Below are positions 48,412 through 55,647 of a stretch of 56,489 nucleotides of DNA, piece after piece (positions within the stretch are counted from its first letter, which is position 1; each line of letters starts with the position of its first letter). The stretch spans positions 1 through 56,489 of the IMG/VR virus record IMGVR_UViG_3300009149_000038, one strand, 5' to 3'. The notes under the pieces were generated by a model. That model was given only the letters and a program-made list of their open reading frames with translations. It had not been told where the DNA came from and ran no database searches. Both the position numbers and the translations under genes were made by a program. The DNA is from a virus. Taxonomy: Duplodnaviria > Caudoviricetes.

Positions 48412-49173
48412 TTAGGGAAGTAAATTAATTAATTTCTCTGCAAGCTCCGCAGTCTTTTTTACATCTAATTCGCAATAGGTCTTTATTCTTTCCACCTCAC
48501 CTTTGTAATAAGCCTCTTTAACTTTGTCTCCGGATAAATCTCCCTTAGAACTTTCCATACCCATTGATACTGCGGCTAATTCAAATGGGGTGTAACTTTC
48601 TTGCATATTTCCCTGACCCCAGACTTCCGGAACATCAAATACTTCAACTTCCCATGGCTTTTTTCCATATACTGAAAGATTGGGTGGGGGAGTAAGACCA
48701 TTTATCATCATTCGCTTTGCAAGCCAAGGCATATCAAATCGCTTTATCATATATCCGCACAGATACATTCCAGCAACATTTACCTTATCAAATACTTGTT
48801 GAGCACCAAGAAGAATTTTCTTCTCATCTTCACCATATAATGATTGGATTTCAAACAGGGCTGGATCAAATTTGCTTGACTTCTTTTTATAATATCCATA
48901 TGATACACATACCATCTTGCAGAACTCTGGATGGAAATGAGCCTTCTCTTCCCACCAAGCATCAAGATCCCCAAATTTATCCAGTCCATTAACCATTCGA
49001 TCATGCTCCCATTTTTCTACTCGATGTTCAAATACATCGGCAAGGGCCGAATGATCCATTTTAAGACTAAAATAGTCCTGGGCTATTGGAACCCACTCGC
49101 AATCGAAATATAATAGTTGTTCTTTTGTTGGTTTCATAAATTTAGTTTTCATCAGCATCCGGATATTCGCCAT
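48412..49173 (-). CDS. Stand-alone DEDDy 3'-5' exonuclease (PolB exo-related)
   Basis: YFDCEW (Exo I), GYMIKRFDMPW (Exo II) and YCELDV (Exo III). Confidence 0.85.
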   Translation of the reverse strand: MANIRMLMKTKFMKPTKEQLLYFDCEWVPIAQDYFSLKMDHSALADVFEHRVEKWEHDRMVNGLDKFGDLDAWWEEKAHFHPEFCKMVCVSYGYYKKKSSKFDPALFEIQSLYGEDEKKILLGAQQVFDKVNVAGMYLCGYMIKRFDMPWLAKRMMINGLTPPPNLSVYGKKPWEVEVFDVPEVWGQGNMQESYTPFELAAVSMGMESSKGDLSGDKVKEAYYKGEVERIKTYCELDVKKTAELAEKLINLLP

Positions 49174-49351
49174 CCTCGAAAAAATCTACGAACTCCTGAT
49201 AATTTACTAGTGCATGATTTATAGCATCTGATTGGGTACAAGTTCCGGTCCCATCTTCTTCCTTTGGTAAGGAATACATTATATCATTAAAGACCATTTC
49301 GGCTTCATCTGATAAAGTTACAGTTATCTTTTTCATATCATTAATATACAA
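49142..49351 (-). CDS. Small putative ribbon-helix-helix-like protein
   Basis: KKITVTLSDEA...TQSDAINHAL pattern. Confidence 0.5.
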   Translation of the reverse strand: MYINDMKKITVTLSDEAEMVFNDIMYSLPKEEDGTGTCTQSDAINHALVNYQEFVDFFEDGEYPDADEN

Positions 49352-49399
49352 AAAAAGCCCGGATGTTTCCGAGCTTTTTTGTTAAATAAATGTTAAGGA

Positions 49400-49744
49400 T
49401 TATTTATATTTACGGTCTTTTGTACGTTGTAATACCATAACATGATAAGTAAGGGAGTCGCAAACACAAGTTGTAAAGTTTATTATAATTTCGGTTTTAT
49501 CATTCCATATGCCTTGATAGACTCTTTCCACTTTATATCCACCTCCTACATATTCTTGATATGTTAACCAATCTTCAAATGGAATAGAATCCTTTTTATA
49601 TGCATCCAACCACCATAAGGCATCATTGGCGGCTTCTATTCTTGCTCCGTCCCCATAGTAAGATTTTTGATAGACTACGGTTTTGCTGTTAACCCCACAT
49701 CCTAATAAAAATAAAAGGAACAGAAAAATAAAAAACCTTCTCAT
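49400..49744 (-). CDS. Lipoprotein
   Basis: MRRFFIFLFLLFLLG-C lipobox. Confidence 0.75.
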   Translation of the reverse strand: MRRFFIFLFLLFLLGCGVNSKTVVYQKSYYGDGARIEAANDALWWLDAYKKDSIPFEDWLTYQEYVGGGYKVERVYQGIWNDKTEIIINFTTCVCDSLTYHVMVLQRTKDRKYK

Positions 49745-49799
49745 CAGCTTTTTATTTTATCTATCCCCTTCTTGGGTCCCCTAACAAAATTGAGAATTC

Positions 49800-50330
49800 T
49801 TAACGGCATAGGGAATCAGCAACCTTTGTTGCAGCCCAAGCATAAGGTTTTCCTTCCGCTTCATATCCCATTCCTTGAGCATAGCCTAGACCTGCTGCGA
49901 AAAGAACATTGGAGAATTCTCCTTCATCTGAATTGTAATCAACATGAATTTTAATTTTCTTATCACAGTCTGCAAGTAAATTAGCTGCTTGGATAGTATA
50001 TTCTACTTCTTTCCAAAGCTTTCCTTGTAGGACGGAGGTATCAAAGGATTTTTTTCCTCTGTTATCAACCTTAAGGTGGCCTTTTGGTGTTTTTACCCTT
50101 TTATCATTGAAAACACATTTGATACAGTGAGCACCATGACCTACTCCGGACTCATCTTTTCTGTGCATCACAATCGCAATTGCATAAGTTACATGTCTAG
50201 AATGTTCTTGTGAGTCACAACCAATTATAACTTGGCCATTAGGATTTTTCTTAGCCCAATCTTTTACATATTGGTTTACGTCATTAATTAAAGTTCCATC
50301 GTATTTTCGGAATACTAGTTTTTCTGTCAT
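49800..50330 (-). CDS. RNase H-like YkuK (DUF458) family protein
   Basis: IIGCDSQ, LWKEV, IHVDYN and KPYAWAATKVAD. Confidence 0.85.
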   Translation of the reverse strand: MTEKLVFRKYDGTLINDVNQYVKDWAKKNPNGQVIIGCDSQEHSRHVTYAIAIVMHRKDESGVGHGAHCIKCVFNDKRVKTPKGHLKVDNRGKKSFDTSVLQGKLWKEVEYTIQAANLLADCDKKIKIHVDYNSDEGEFSNVLFAAGLGYAQGMGYEAEGKPYAWAATKVADSLCR

Positions 50331-50406
50331 GATATTTCCTCCTTTCTGCTTTTTGTTTAAATAAAAAAGGTCCTTAATTGCTTAAGGACCCTATCTGATC
50401 GAAATA

Positions 50407-50598
50407 TTATATTCGTTTGAGAAAATTATCTCTTCGAAGTTTCAGATGTTGTCCTTTCTTTTTATCCGGTACCATTTGGGTTCCAAATCTACCATCATAA
50501 AATCCTTGCTCCTTAGCGGAATCACGATTTGCCGATAACGTGAGCGCATATAGCTTCTCCGCTGCAATTTCGATTTTATGTGTATTACTATTACCCAT
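50407..50598 (-). CDS. Small basic hypothetical protein
   Basis: 63 aa containing GFYDGRF...VPDKKK. Confidence 0.65.
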   Translation of the reverse strand: MGNSNTHKIEIAAEKLYALTLSANRDSAKEQGFYDGRFGTQMVPDKKKGQHLKLRRDNFLKRI

Positions 50599-50908
50599 GA
50601 TTTGGATTTTCTTTATATATGATACTTACTTATATGCAAAAGCATTCCAAATGTTTCATAATCGGGCCAATATAATAATTCTAATTTAAAATCTATGATT
50701 AAAACCGTTAGAAAATCGTTAGGAAGATTCTTTAACAAATCTTAACAATCTTAACAAAACTTTTTTTCAGTTGTTCATAAAATTAGAGCTTAAGAACTCA
50801 GGAAAGAAAGTCCTTAGATATATCTAAAAAAATCTCTTCCTTCGCGCGGGCGTAACGCGTGTTAATATGATATCCCCCTTTAGACGAAACTTTTTCCACA
50901 GATTATCG

Positions 50909-50938
50909 TTGTAATTAAAAAAGATTTATTATATTGGG
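50909..50938 (+). promoter_or_regulatory. Putative host-sigma (early) promoter for the RNA ligase operon
   Basis: TTGTAATT-N12-TTATATTGGG, ending 5 nt before the ATG. Confidence 0.65.
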
Positions 50939-50943
50939 TCTGT

Positions 50944-52107
50944 ATGAAATATCAACTTACATATCAGGACGCACAGGAGATTGCTAAAAAGTATCATAAT
51001 AACAATTTCCGTGAATATCAATATACAATCAATGGTTACAAGGTTGCAGCCTTTGACTATTTTATTTGTGGATGGGATGATTTCGAAAAACCCCTTCCTA
51101 ATAAGCCTGAAGTCAATGCTTTTGACATGAGAGGTACTACCTTTGTTTTTAATAAGGATGGATCTTTATACAAAAAATTCCTTATGCTTCCTAAATTTTT
51201 CAACATTAATCAGGTAGAGGCTACTCAACTTGGAAATCTGAAGGATAAAGAAGTTATTGACATTGTCGCTAAAGAAGACGGATCATTGGTAGCATTCATG
51301 GGATTACCTGATGGAAAGTTATTTGCTAAGACAATTGGATCCTTTGTTTCTGATCAGTCTAAGCAAGCATTTAATTTTCTTTATGCTTGGGAAGAAAAGG
51401 TTCTTTATGTAAAACAAGCTATAAGATCCGGATATACACCATTATTTGAATATGTTTCTGGTCCTAATCGTATAGTCCTTAAATATTCCAAAGAAGACCT
51501 AAGATTTTTAGGACTTAGAAATAATACTACAGGAGAATGGGTTCCAGCTCATGTTCTTAATCCTATTGGAAATATTCCTTTTACCACCCCAGAAACTCAT
51601 AAATTAGTTTCTTTGGAAGAATTATTGGAAGAGGCTCAAACCATTGAAGATAAAGAGGGCTGGGTGGTTAGATTGCCAAATTTAATGATTAAGGTAAAAA
51701 CTGCATGGTATTTTAAATTACATGGTCTTCGAACTGAAAATGTATTTAGGGAGGATTATGTTATCAAAAACTATTTGGGAAAAACATTGGATGATCTTAT
51801 GTCACAATTGGACCCAAAAGATGACTCTGATGCTTTTGATTTTGTGAAAACTGTTACCGGAGCAATCGATAAATGGATAAACCATATTGATGATTGCGCA
51901 TTTAAACTTAAAGAGAAGTTTGAGACAGAATACAAATCTGAAATGCACTATTTTGCCAAGTTCAATAACAAGGAACCATATTTTGGATTAGCCAGAAATT
52001 TAATTGAGGTTCCTGAAGATTATAATCGAAGAAAAATTGATATGATTTTGAAAAAAACTTATCGCTTGAAAGCCGCTAAAAATCTTATAGAAAAATGGAG
52101 CAAATAG
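50944..52107 (+). CDS. rnlA: T4 Rnl1-family RNA ligase
   Basis: MRG, KFFNINQ, KEDGS (motif I), FEYVSGPNRIV, EGWVV and KVKTAWY. Confidence 0.92.
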   Translation: MKYQLTYQDAQEIAKKYHNNNFREYQYTINGYKVAAFDYFICGWDDFEKPLPNKPEVNAFDMRGTTFVFNKDGSLYKKFLMLPKFFNINQVEATQLGNLKDKEVIDIVAKEDGSLVAFMGLPDGKLFAKTIGSFVSDQSKQAFNFLYAWEEKVLYVKQAIRSGYTPLFEYVSGPNRIVLKYSKEDLRFLGLRNNTTGEWVPAHVLNPIGNIPFTTPETHKLVSLEELLEEAQTIEDKEGWVVRLPNLMIKVKTAWYFKLHGLRTENVFREDYVIKNYLGKTLDDLMSQLDPKDDSDAFDFVKTVTGAIDKWINHIDDCAFKLKEKFETEYKSEMHYFAKFNNKEPYFGLARNLIEVPEDYNRRKIDMILKKTYRLKAAKNLIEKWSK

Positions 52108-52247
52108 AATTTGAAATAATGGAAGAAGCTGCCTCCCTTATGAGAGAGGCCCAGCAAAAATTGGAGCAACTTAATTCCAAAGATGAAGAATGGAATAAAG
52201 ATGTCAGAGCCGGAATTGATGAAATGTGTTCAATACTTACAGTTTAA
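52095..52247 (+). CDS. Small helical protein (50 aa, not in the ORF track)
   Basis: MEQIEFEIMEEAASLMREAQQKLEQLNSKDEEWNKDVRAGIDEMCSILTV fills the gap, and its stop abuts the next ATG (52249). Confidence 0.6.
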   Translation: MEQIEFEIMEEAASLMREAQQKLEQLNSKDEEWNKDVRAGIDEMCSILTV

Positions 52248-52248
52248 T

Positions 52249-52737
52249 ATGGAAAAAATAAGGATAAGAGTTCTTAGCAAGCCGGAATTTAATCAGGCAA
52301 TGGGACAAAATAATATTACTGATGAAAATGTAGAAACCCGGATGAAAGACTCCGCTTTGATATCTATTAATGATACGGAGGGGAGTTGGAATAAATCATG
52401 GTTTGATCGGGATCACCCAAATGTTATTCGTCTATGGTTTGATGATGTAGAGAATGATGAGCAAAAATCCCCGACAAATGCATTCACCTGTAAAGCATTT
52501 TCGGTTGAACAAGCCGAACAGCTATTCAATTTTATCAAAAAAAATGCGGATAAGGATTTTATAGTTCACTGCTCTGCTGGGATTTCCAGATCTGGAGCAG
52601 TGGGATCCTTCATTAATGATTATTTGAATAGTGATATGGAATATTTTGAAAAAGCTAATAGGCATAGGATATTACCAAATTCACACGTTAGTCGTTTACT
52701 TAATAAATTAGCATGGGATGAGCAAAGTAATAATTGA
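52249..52737 (+). CDS. Cys-based protein-tyrosine/dual-specificity phosphatase-like protein
   Basis: IVHCSAGISRSGA (CX5R), FDD and PN motifs. The start was moved to MEKIRIR. Confidence 0.88.
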   Translation: MEKIRIRVLSKPEFNQAMGQNNITDENVETRMKDSALISINDTEGSWNKSWFDRDHPNVIRLWFDDVENDEQKSPTNAFTCKAFSVEQAEQLFNFIKKNADKDFIVHCSAGISRSGAVGSFINDYLNSDMEYFEKANRHRILPNSHVSRLLNKLAWDEQSNN

Positions 52738-52948
52738 TTTCACAATGATTGGAGAACCAGTCAACATGATGCAAACTCTTTTAAGAGAAGTAAATACCCT
52801 TTGTACCGAGCAGGGAAAGGAATTTGAACCGTTGAAGGACGAAATTATGGGTGCTCCAACAATCCCCGAAATTGAGGGAATACTCAAAAGAGAATTTGGA
52901 AATGAATTAATAATTCGGGATAAATATAGAGCAAATAATCAAGCATAA
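52718..52948 (+). CDS. Hypothetical protein
   Basis: 76 aa, overlapping operon arrangement. Confidence 0.6.
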   Translation: MSKVIIDFTMIGEPVNMMQTLLREVNTLCTEQGKEFEPLKDEIMGAPTIPEIEGILKREFGNELIIRDKYRANNQA

Positions 52949-52950
52949 TT

Positions 52951-53145
52951 ATGAATATCTGGACAATAATAACGATAATAGGCATTTTATTTGTAATCGG
53001 AATGGGTGCTTATAATATAAGATCCCTGATAATGAAATGGCAAAATGATAAATCCGCTTGGGAGGATCTTGCAATTGGGATTTTCATATGGTCATTTGCC
53101 ATAGGAACTCTAGTATCATTTTTTTTCCAAGAATTATCACAATAA
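52951..53145 (+). CDS. Small two-TM membrane protein
   Basis: Two hydrophobic helices. Confidence 0.6.
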   Translation: MNIWTIITIIGILFVIGMGAYNIRSLIMKWQNDKSAWEDLAIGIFIWSFAIGTLVSFFFQELSQ

Positions 53146-53173
53146 TTACCATTTTTTTCTTATATTAGCCTTA

Positions 53174-53668
53174 ATGAAAGAACCACCTACTTTTAATCAA
53201 ATGTATAAAATGGCTCCTCTGGAAATACAGAAGCTATTAGATAAATGTGCTGATACTCCGCAAAGCGAGAAATGGCATCCCGAAGGAGATGTGCTAAAAC
53301 ATACCAAAATCGTATACGAAAGAGCAAGAGCTACTGGTGATATTAATATTGTTATTGCAGCAATATTCCACGATCTTGGAAAAGTAAAAGCTACTAAACT
53401 TAATAAGCATGGATCATGGGCAGCTCATGGGCATGAATTCATCTCGGCAAAGCTAGTCGAAGAACACAAACAATGGATTGGATCTATTGGAGGCAAATTT
53501 ATGATTGTAAAAGAGATTGTTGAAAATCACATGAGAATTAAGCAAATGGATCAAATGAGAAAACATAAACAACAGGCTTTAAGGGAGCATAGAGTTTATG
53601 ATCAGCTTGTAAAATTTACTGCTTGCGATGATATGAAAACTCTTACCGATGAGGAGATGAAAATTTAG
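53174..53668 (+). CDS. HD-domain phosphohydrolase resembling the HD domain of CCA-adding enzymes
   Basis: PQSEKWHPEGDVLKHT, AAIFHDLGK, GHEFISA, NHMR and CD. Confidence 0.88.
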   Translation: MKEPPTFNQMYKMAPLEIQKLLDKCADTPQSEKWHPEGDVLKHTKIVYERARATGDINIVIAAIFHDLGKVKATKLNKHGSWAAHGHEFISAKLVEEHKQWIGSIGGKFMIVKEIVENHMRIKQMDQMRKHKQQALREHRVYDQLVKFTACDDMKTLTDEEMKI

Positions 53669-53685
53669 ATATTCCGATGTCTGAA

Positions 53686-53783
53686 GAGCATGGTCTTCAA
53701 AAAAAGTCAGCCGGGGAGACTATAAAATTCAAACTGATGAGACCCGGACGAAAACAAAGTTAGTTTCCCACACCGACTATGTT
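53686..53783 (+). other. Unassigned structured non-coding element
   Basis: Nested stems GAGCATGGTC/GACTATGTTT and GGGAGACTA/TAGTTTCCC, a CCGGG/CCCGG pairing and a CTGATGAG..CGAAA core. Confidence 0.35.
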
Positions 53784-53784
53784 T

Positions 53785-53817
53785 AACCCAGAAGATTTAT
53801 ATCTCCTGGGTTTTTTG
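53785..53817 (+). terminator. Intrinsic terminator ending the RNA ligase operon
   Basis: AACCCAGAAGAT-TTAT-ATCTCCTGGGTT followed by a T tract. Confidence 0.8.
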
Positions 53818-53840
53818 TTCTATCCCTCTTTTATTCTGTA

Positions 53841-53848
53841 GATAAATA
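53841..53848 (+). promoter_or_regulatory. T4-like late promoter (RATAWATA), representative of about 16 copies
   Basis: GATAAATA 20 nt before a structural gene. Equivalent motifs precede the portal, gp15-like, scaffold-like and endonuclease genes. Confidence 0.65.
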
Positions 53849-53868
53849 GAATAAACGATAAGGCAAGA

Positions 53869-55623
53869 ATGCAGTTTTCCAACTTTACAAGAGTAGAAGA
53901 AGGTAATGTAATTAAATTTTACACACCAAATCCTCTAAAAGGGGTTACCGATATTAAGTACTATAGTGATAATGCCACCGGGTCTTTTCAAAAGAAGGAG
54001 TTTCGCTGGTCATTTAATAGTGATTATTGGTCCTCATGGGAAACCCTCAATCAGGGAAACCTGTCCTCCGTGGATATAGGAACAAATACCTATTTATTTT
54101 TAGAGATACGATATACGGCTTCCACTACGGGAAAAGTTACATCTTTTGTTATTAATTATGATGGGGCTGCTCAAACAGCATATACGGGTCAATCATGCCC
54201 TCCCGATTCTACTTATGTTGCTCCGGATCAAACTGTAAGAGATACATATACCCCCGGAACTGCACCCGGTACTACATCTTCAACCAATGCTCTAACACTA
54301 TGCGGGAAAGCGTGTGATTACTATTTATGGAGGCCAAATCAAAAAGGTACTCAACCGATTTCTACGGTTACTGACCTCCAACGAATACTAAATGAATTAG
54401 CAGCAGCTGTATCCAACGTAGATGTGGCTGGGGCAGCTAATGTTGATGAACCGGGCATAGGGGTTTATTATGACACCGAAAATAAGATTATTCGATTTAA
54501 AACTATTGTCGGAGAAAACAGGATCGAAATATCGGAAAATCTGGATGGCCAAATAACTATAGAATTTGATGGTGATGCAATAACAGATGGATCTTTAGGA
54601 CCTGGATTTGCATGGGGTCCTGGGGGAGTATTATATGTGGATGCTTCCGCTTCCGGGGTTAATAAACTTTATGTTGATGGTAGTTTAGCGGCTAGAGATG
54701 CATCTATTAATAAATTATTTGTAGATCAATTTAACTTATTTAATTATATAGATGGGAGCTTAGCTTCAAGAGATGCTTCTATTAATTTATTATTTCAACA
54801 AAATCAATGGTCGGATAGGGATCCGATTTCTGCAGAAGTTGGAGGAATTCATTCTGGGGATATACTTGATGGATCGACCTCTATTCAAATTCTCGAAAAA
54901 ATGCTTTATGAGTATTTTCCTCCAAGGGTAAATATTAATATTAATCCGTCTTCCGGGTATTATGAAAAATGGGATCCGTTTGTTTCGACCGCGACCATTT
55001 ATGGAACTTTTGATAATCAGGATTTTACAAAAGTACGGGTTACTGATATTTCAGCATATGTTTCCATAGAAGGGGGTTTATTACAGCCTATTAATATGGC
55101 TCCGACCCATATATCATATCCAGATTCTAGTGATGGAAGTTTCTCCTTCTCAGATGGAAGTTTCTCGAATTGGGAGGATGTAATATATTATATAAAAACC
55201 TATAACAATGTAAATGGAATACCTATGTCAACTTTAGACTCGTCCATCGCTTTAAAATTTGTAAATCCATATTATGCAGGAATAGTGGATAATTCCATTA
55301 ATAAGGATAATATATCAGAAGTTGATATATTATCTCTAGAAAAATTTATTTTGCCAAAACAAACCCAAGAAATTGATTTTGATGTTAGTGCTAACTATTC
55401 TCGAATAAAGTTTGTTTATGCTTATCCCTATGAATACGGAAACTTAAAAAGTATTTTTGATGTGAAGAATGATTTTAACGTAACTACATCTTTTGATGAT
55501 ACCTCCGTTAATATTACAACCACATCTAGTCCTACACCGATTGCGTATAAAGTTTACATAAAAAATCACTGGATTAGTTTTACCCCGGATGTTTCAATCT
55601 TTAAACTAATCTTTAATATATAA
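53869..55623 (+). CDS. Virion structural protein (tail/fibre-associated), D-x-S rich
   Basis: 584 aa, S/T/D/N-rich, with a duplicated YVDGSLAARDASIN repeat and a late motif upstream. Confidence 0.65.
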   Translation: MQFSNFTRVEEGNVIKFYTPNPLKGVTDIKYYSDNATGSFQKKEFRWSFNSDYWSSWETLNQGNLSSVDIGTNTYLFLEIRYTASTTGKVTSFVINYDGAAQTAYTGQSCPPDSTYVAPDQTVRDTYTPGTAPGTTSSTNALTLCGKACDYYLWRPNQKGTQPISTVTDLQRILNELAAAVSNVDVAGAANVDEPGIGVYYDTENKIIRFKTIVGENRIEISENLDGQITIEFDGDAITDGSLGPGFAWGPGGVLYVDASASGVNKLYVDGSLAARDASINKLFVDQFNLFNYIDGSLASRDASINLLFQQNQWSDRDPISAEVGGIHSGDILDGSTSIQILEKMLYEYFPPRVNININPSSGYYEKWDPFVSTATIYGTFDNQDFTKVRVTDISAYVSIEGGLLQPINMAPTHISYPDSSDGSFSFSDGSFSNWEDVIYYIKTYNNVNGIPMSTLDSSIALKFVNPYYAGIVDNSINKDNISEVDILSLEKFILPKQTQEIDFDVSANYSRIKFVYAYPYEYGNLKSIFDVKNDFNVTTSFDDTSVNITTTSSPTPIAYKVYIKNHWISFTPDVSIFKLIFNI

Positions 55624-55647
55624 AGAAAGAAAAATAAGAAATAAAAA

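Noticed and set aside
526-49954. Numerous short ORFs antisense to or nested in long genes (e.g. 526-834, 1500-1853, 4882-5070, 5110-5367, 22360-22632, 46114-46389)
   Set aside because: They overlap well-supported genes and have no motifs or expression signals.
53677-53763. 28-codon ORF MSEEHGLQKKSAGETIKFKLMRPGRKQS
   Set aside because: It is too short, has no recognisable motif and overlaps the base-paired element, so it cannot be supported as a gene.
53734-53768. Canonical hammerhead ribozyme
   Set aside because: CTGATGA and GAAA are present, but stem II is only 1 bp and stem I does not pair next to the core. It is kept only as an unassigned structured element.
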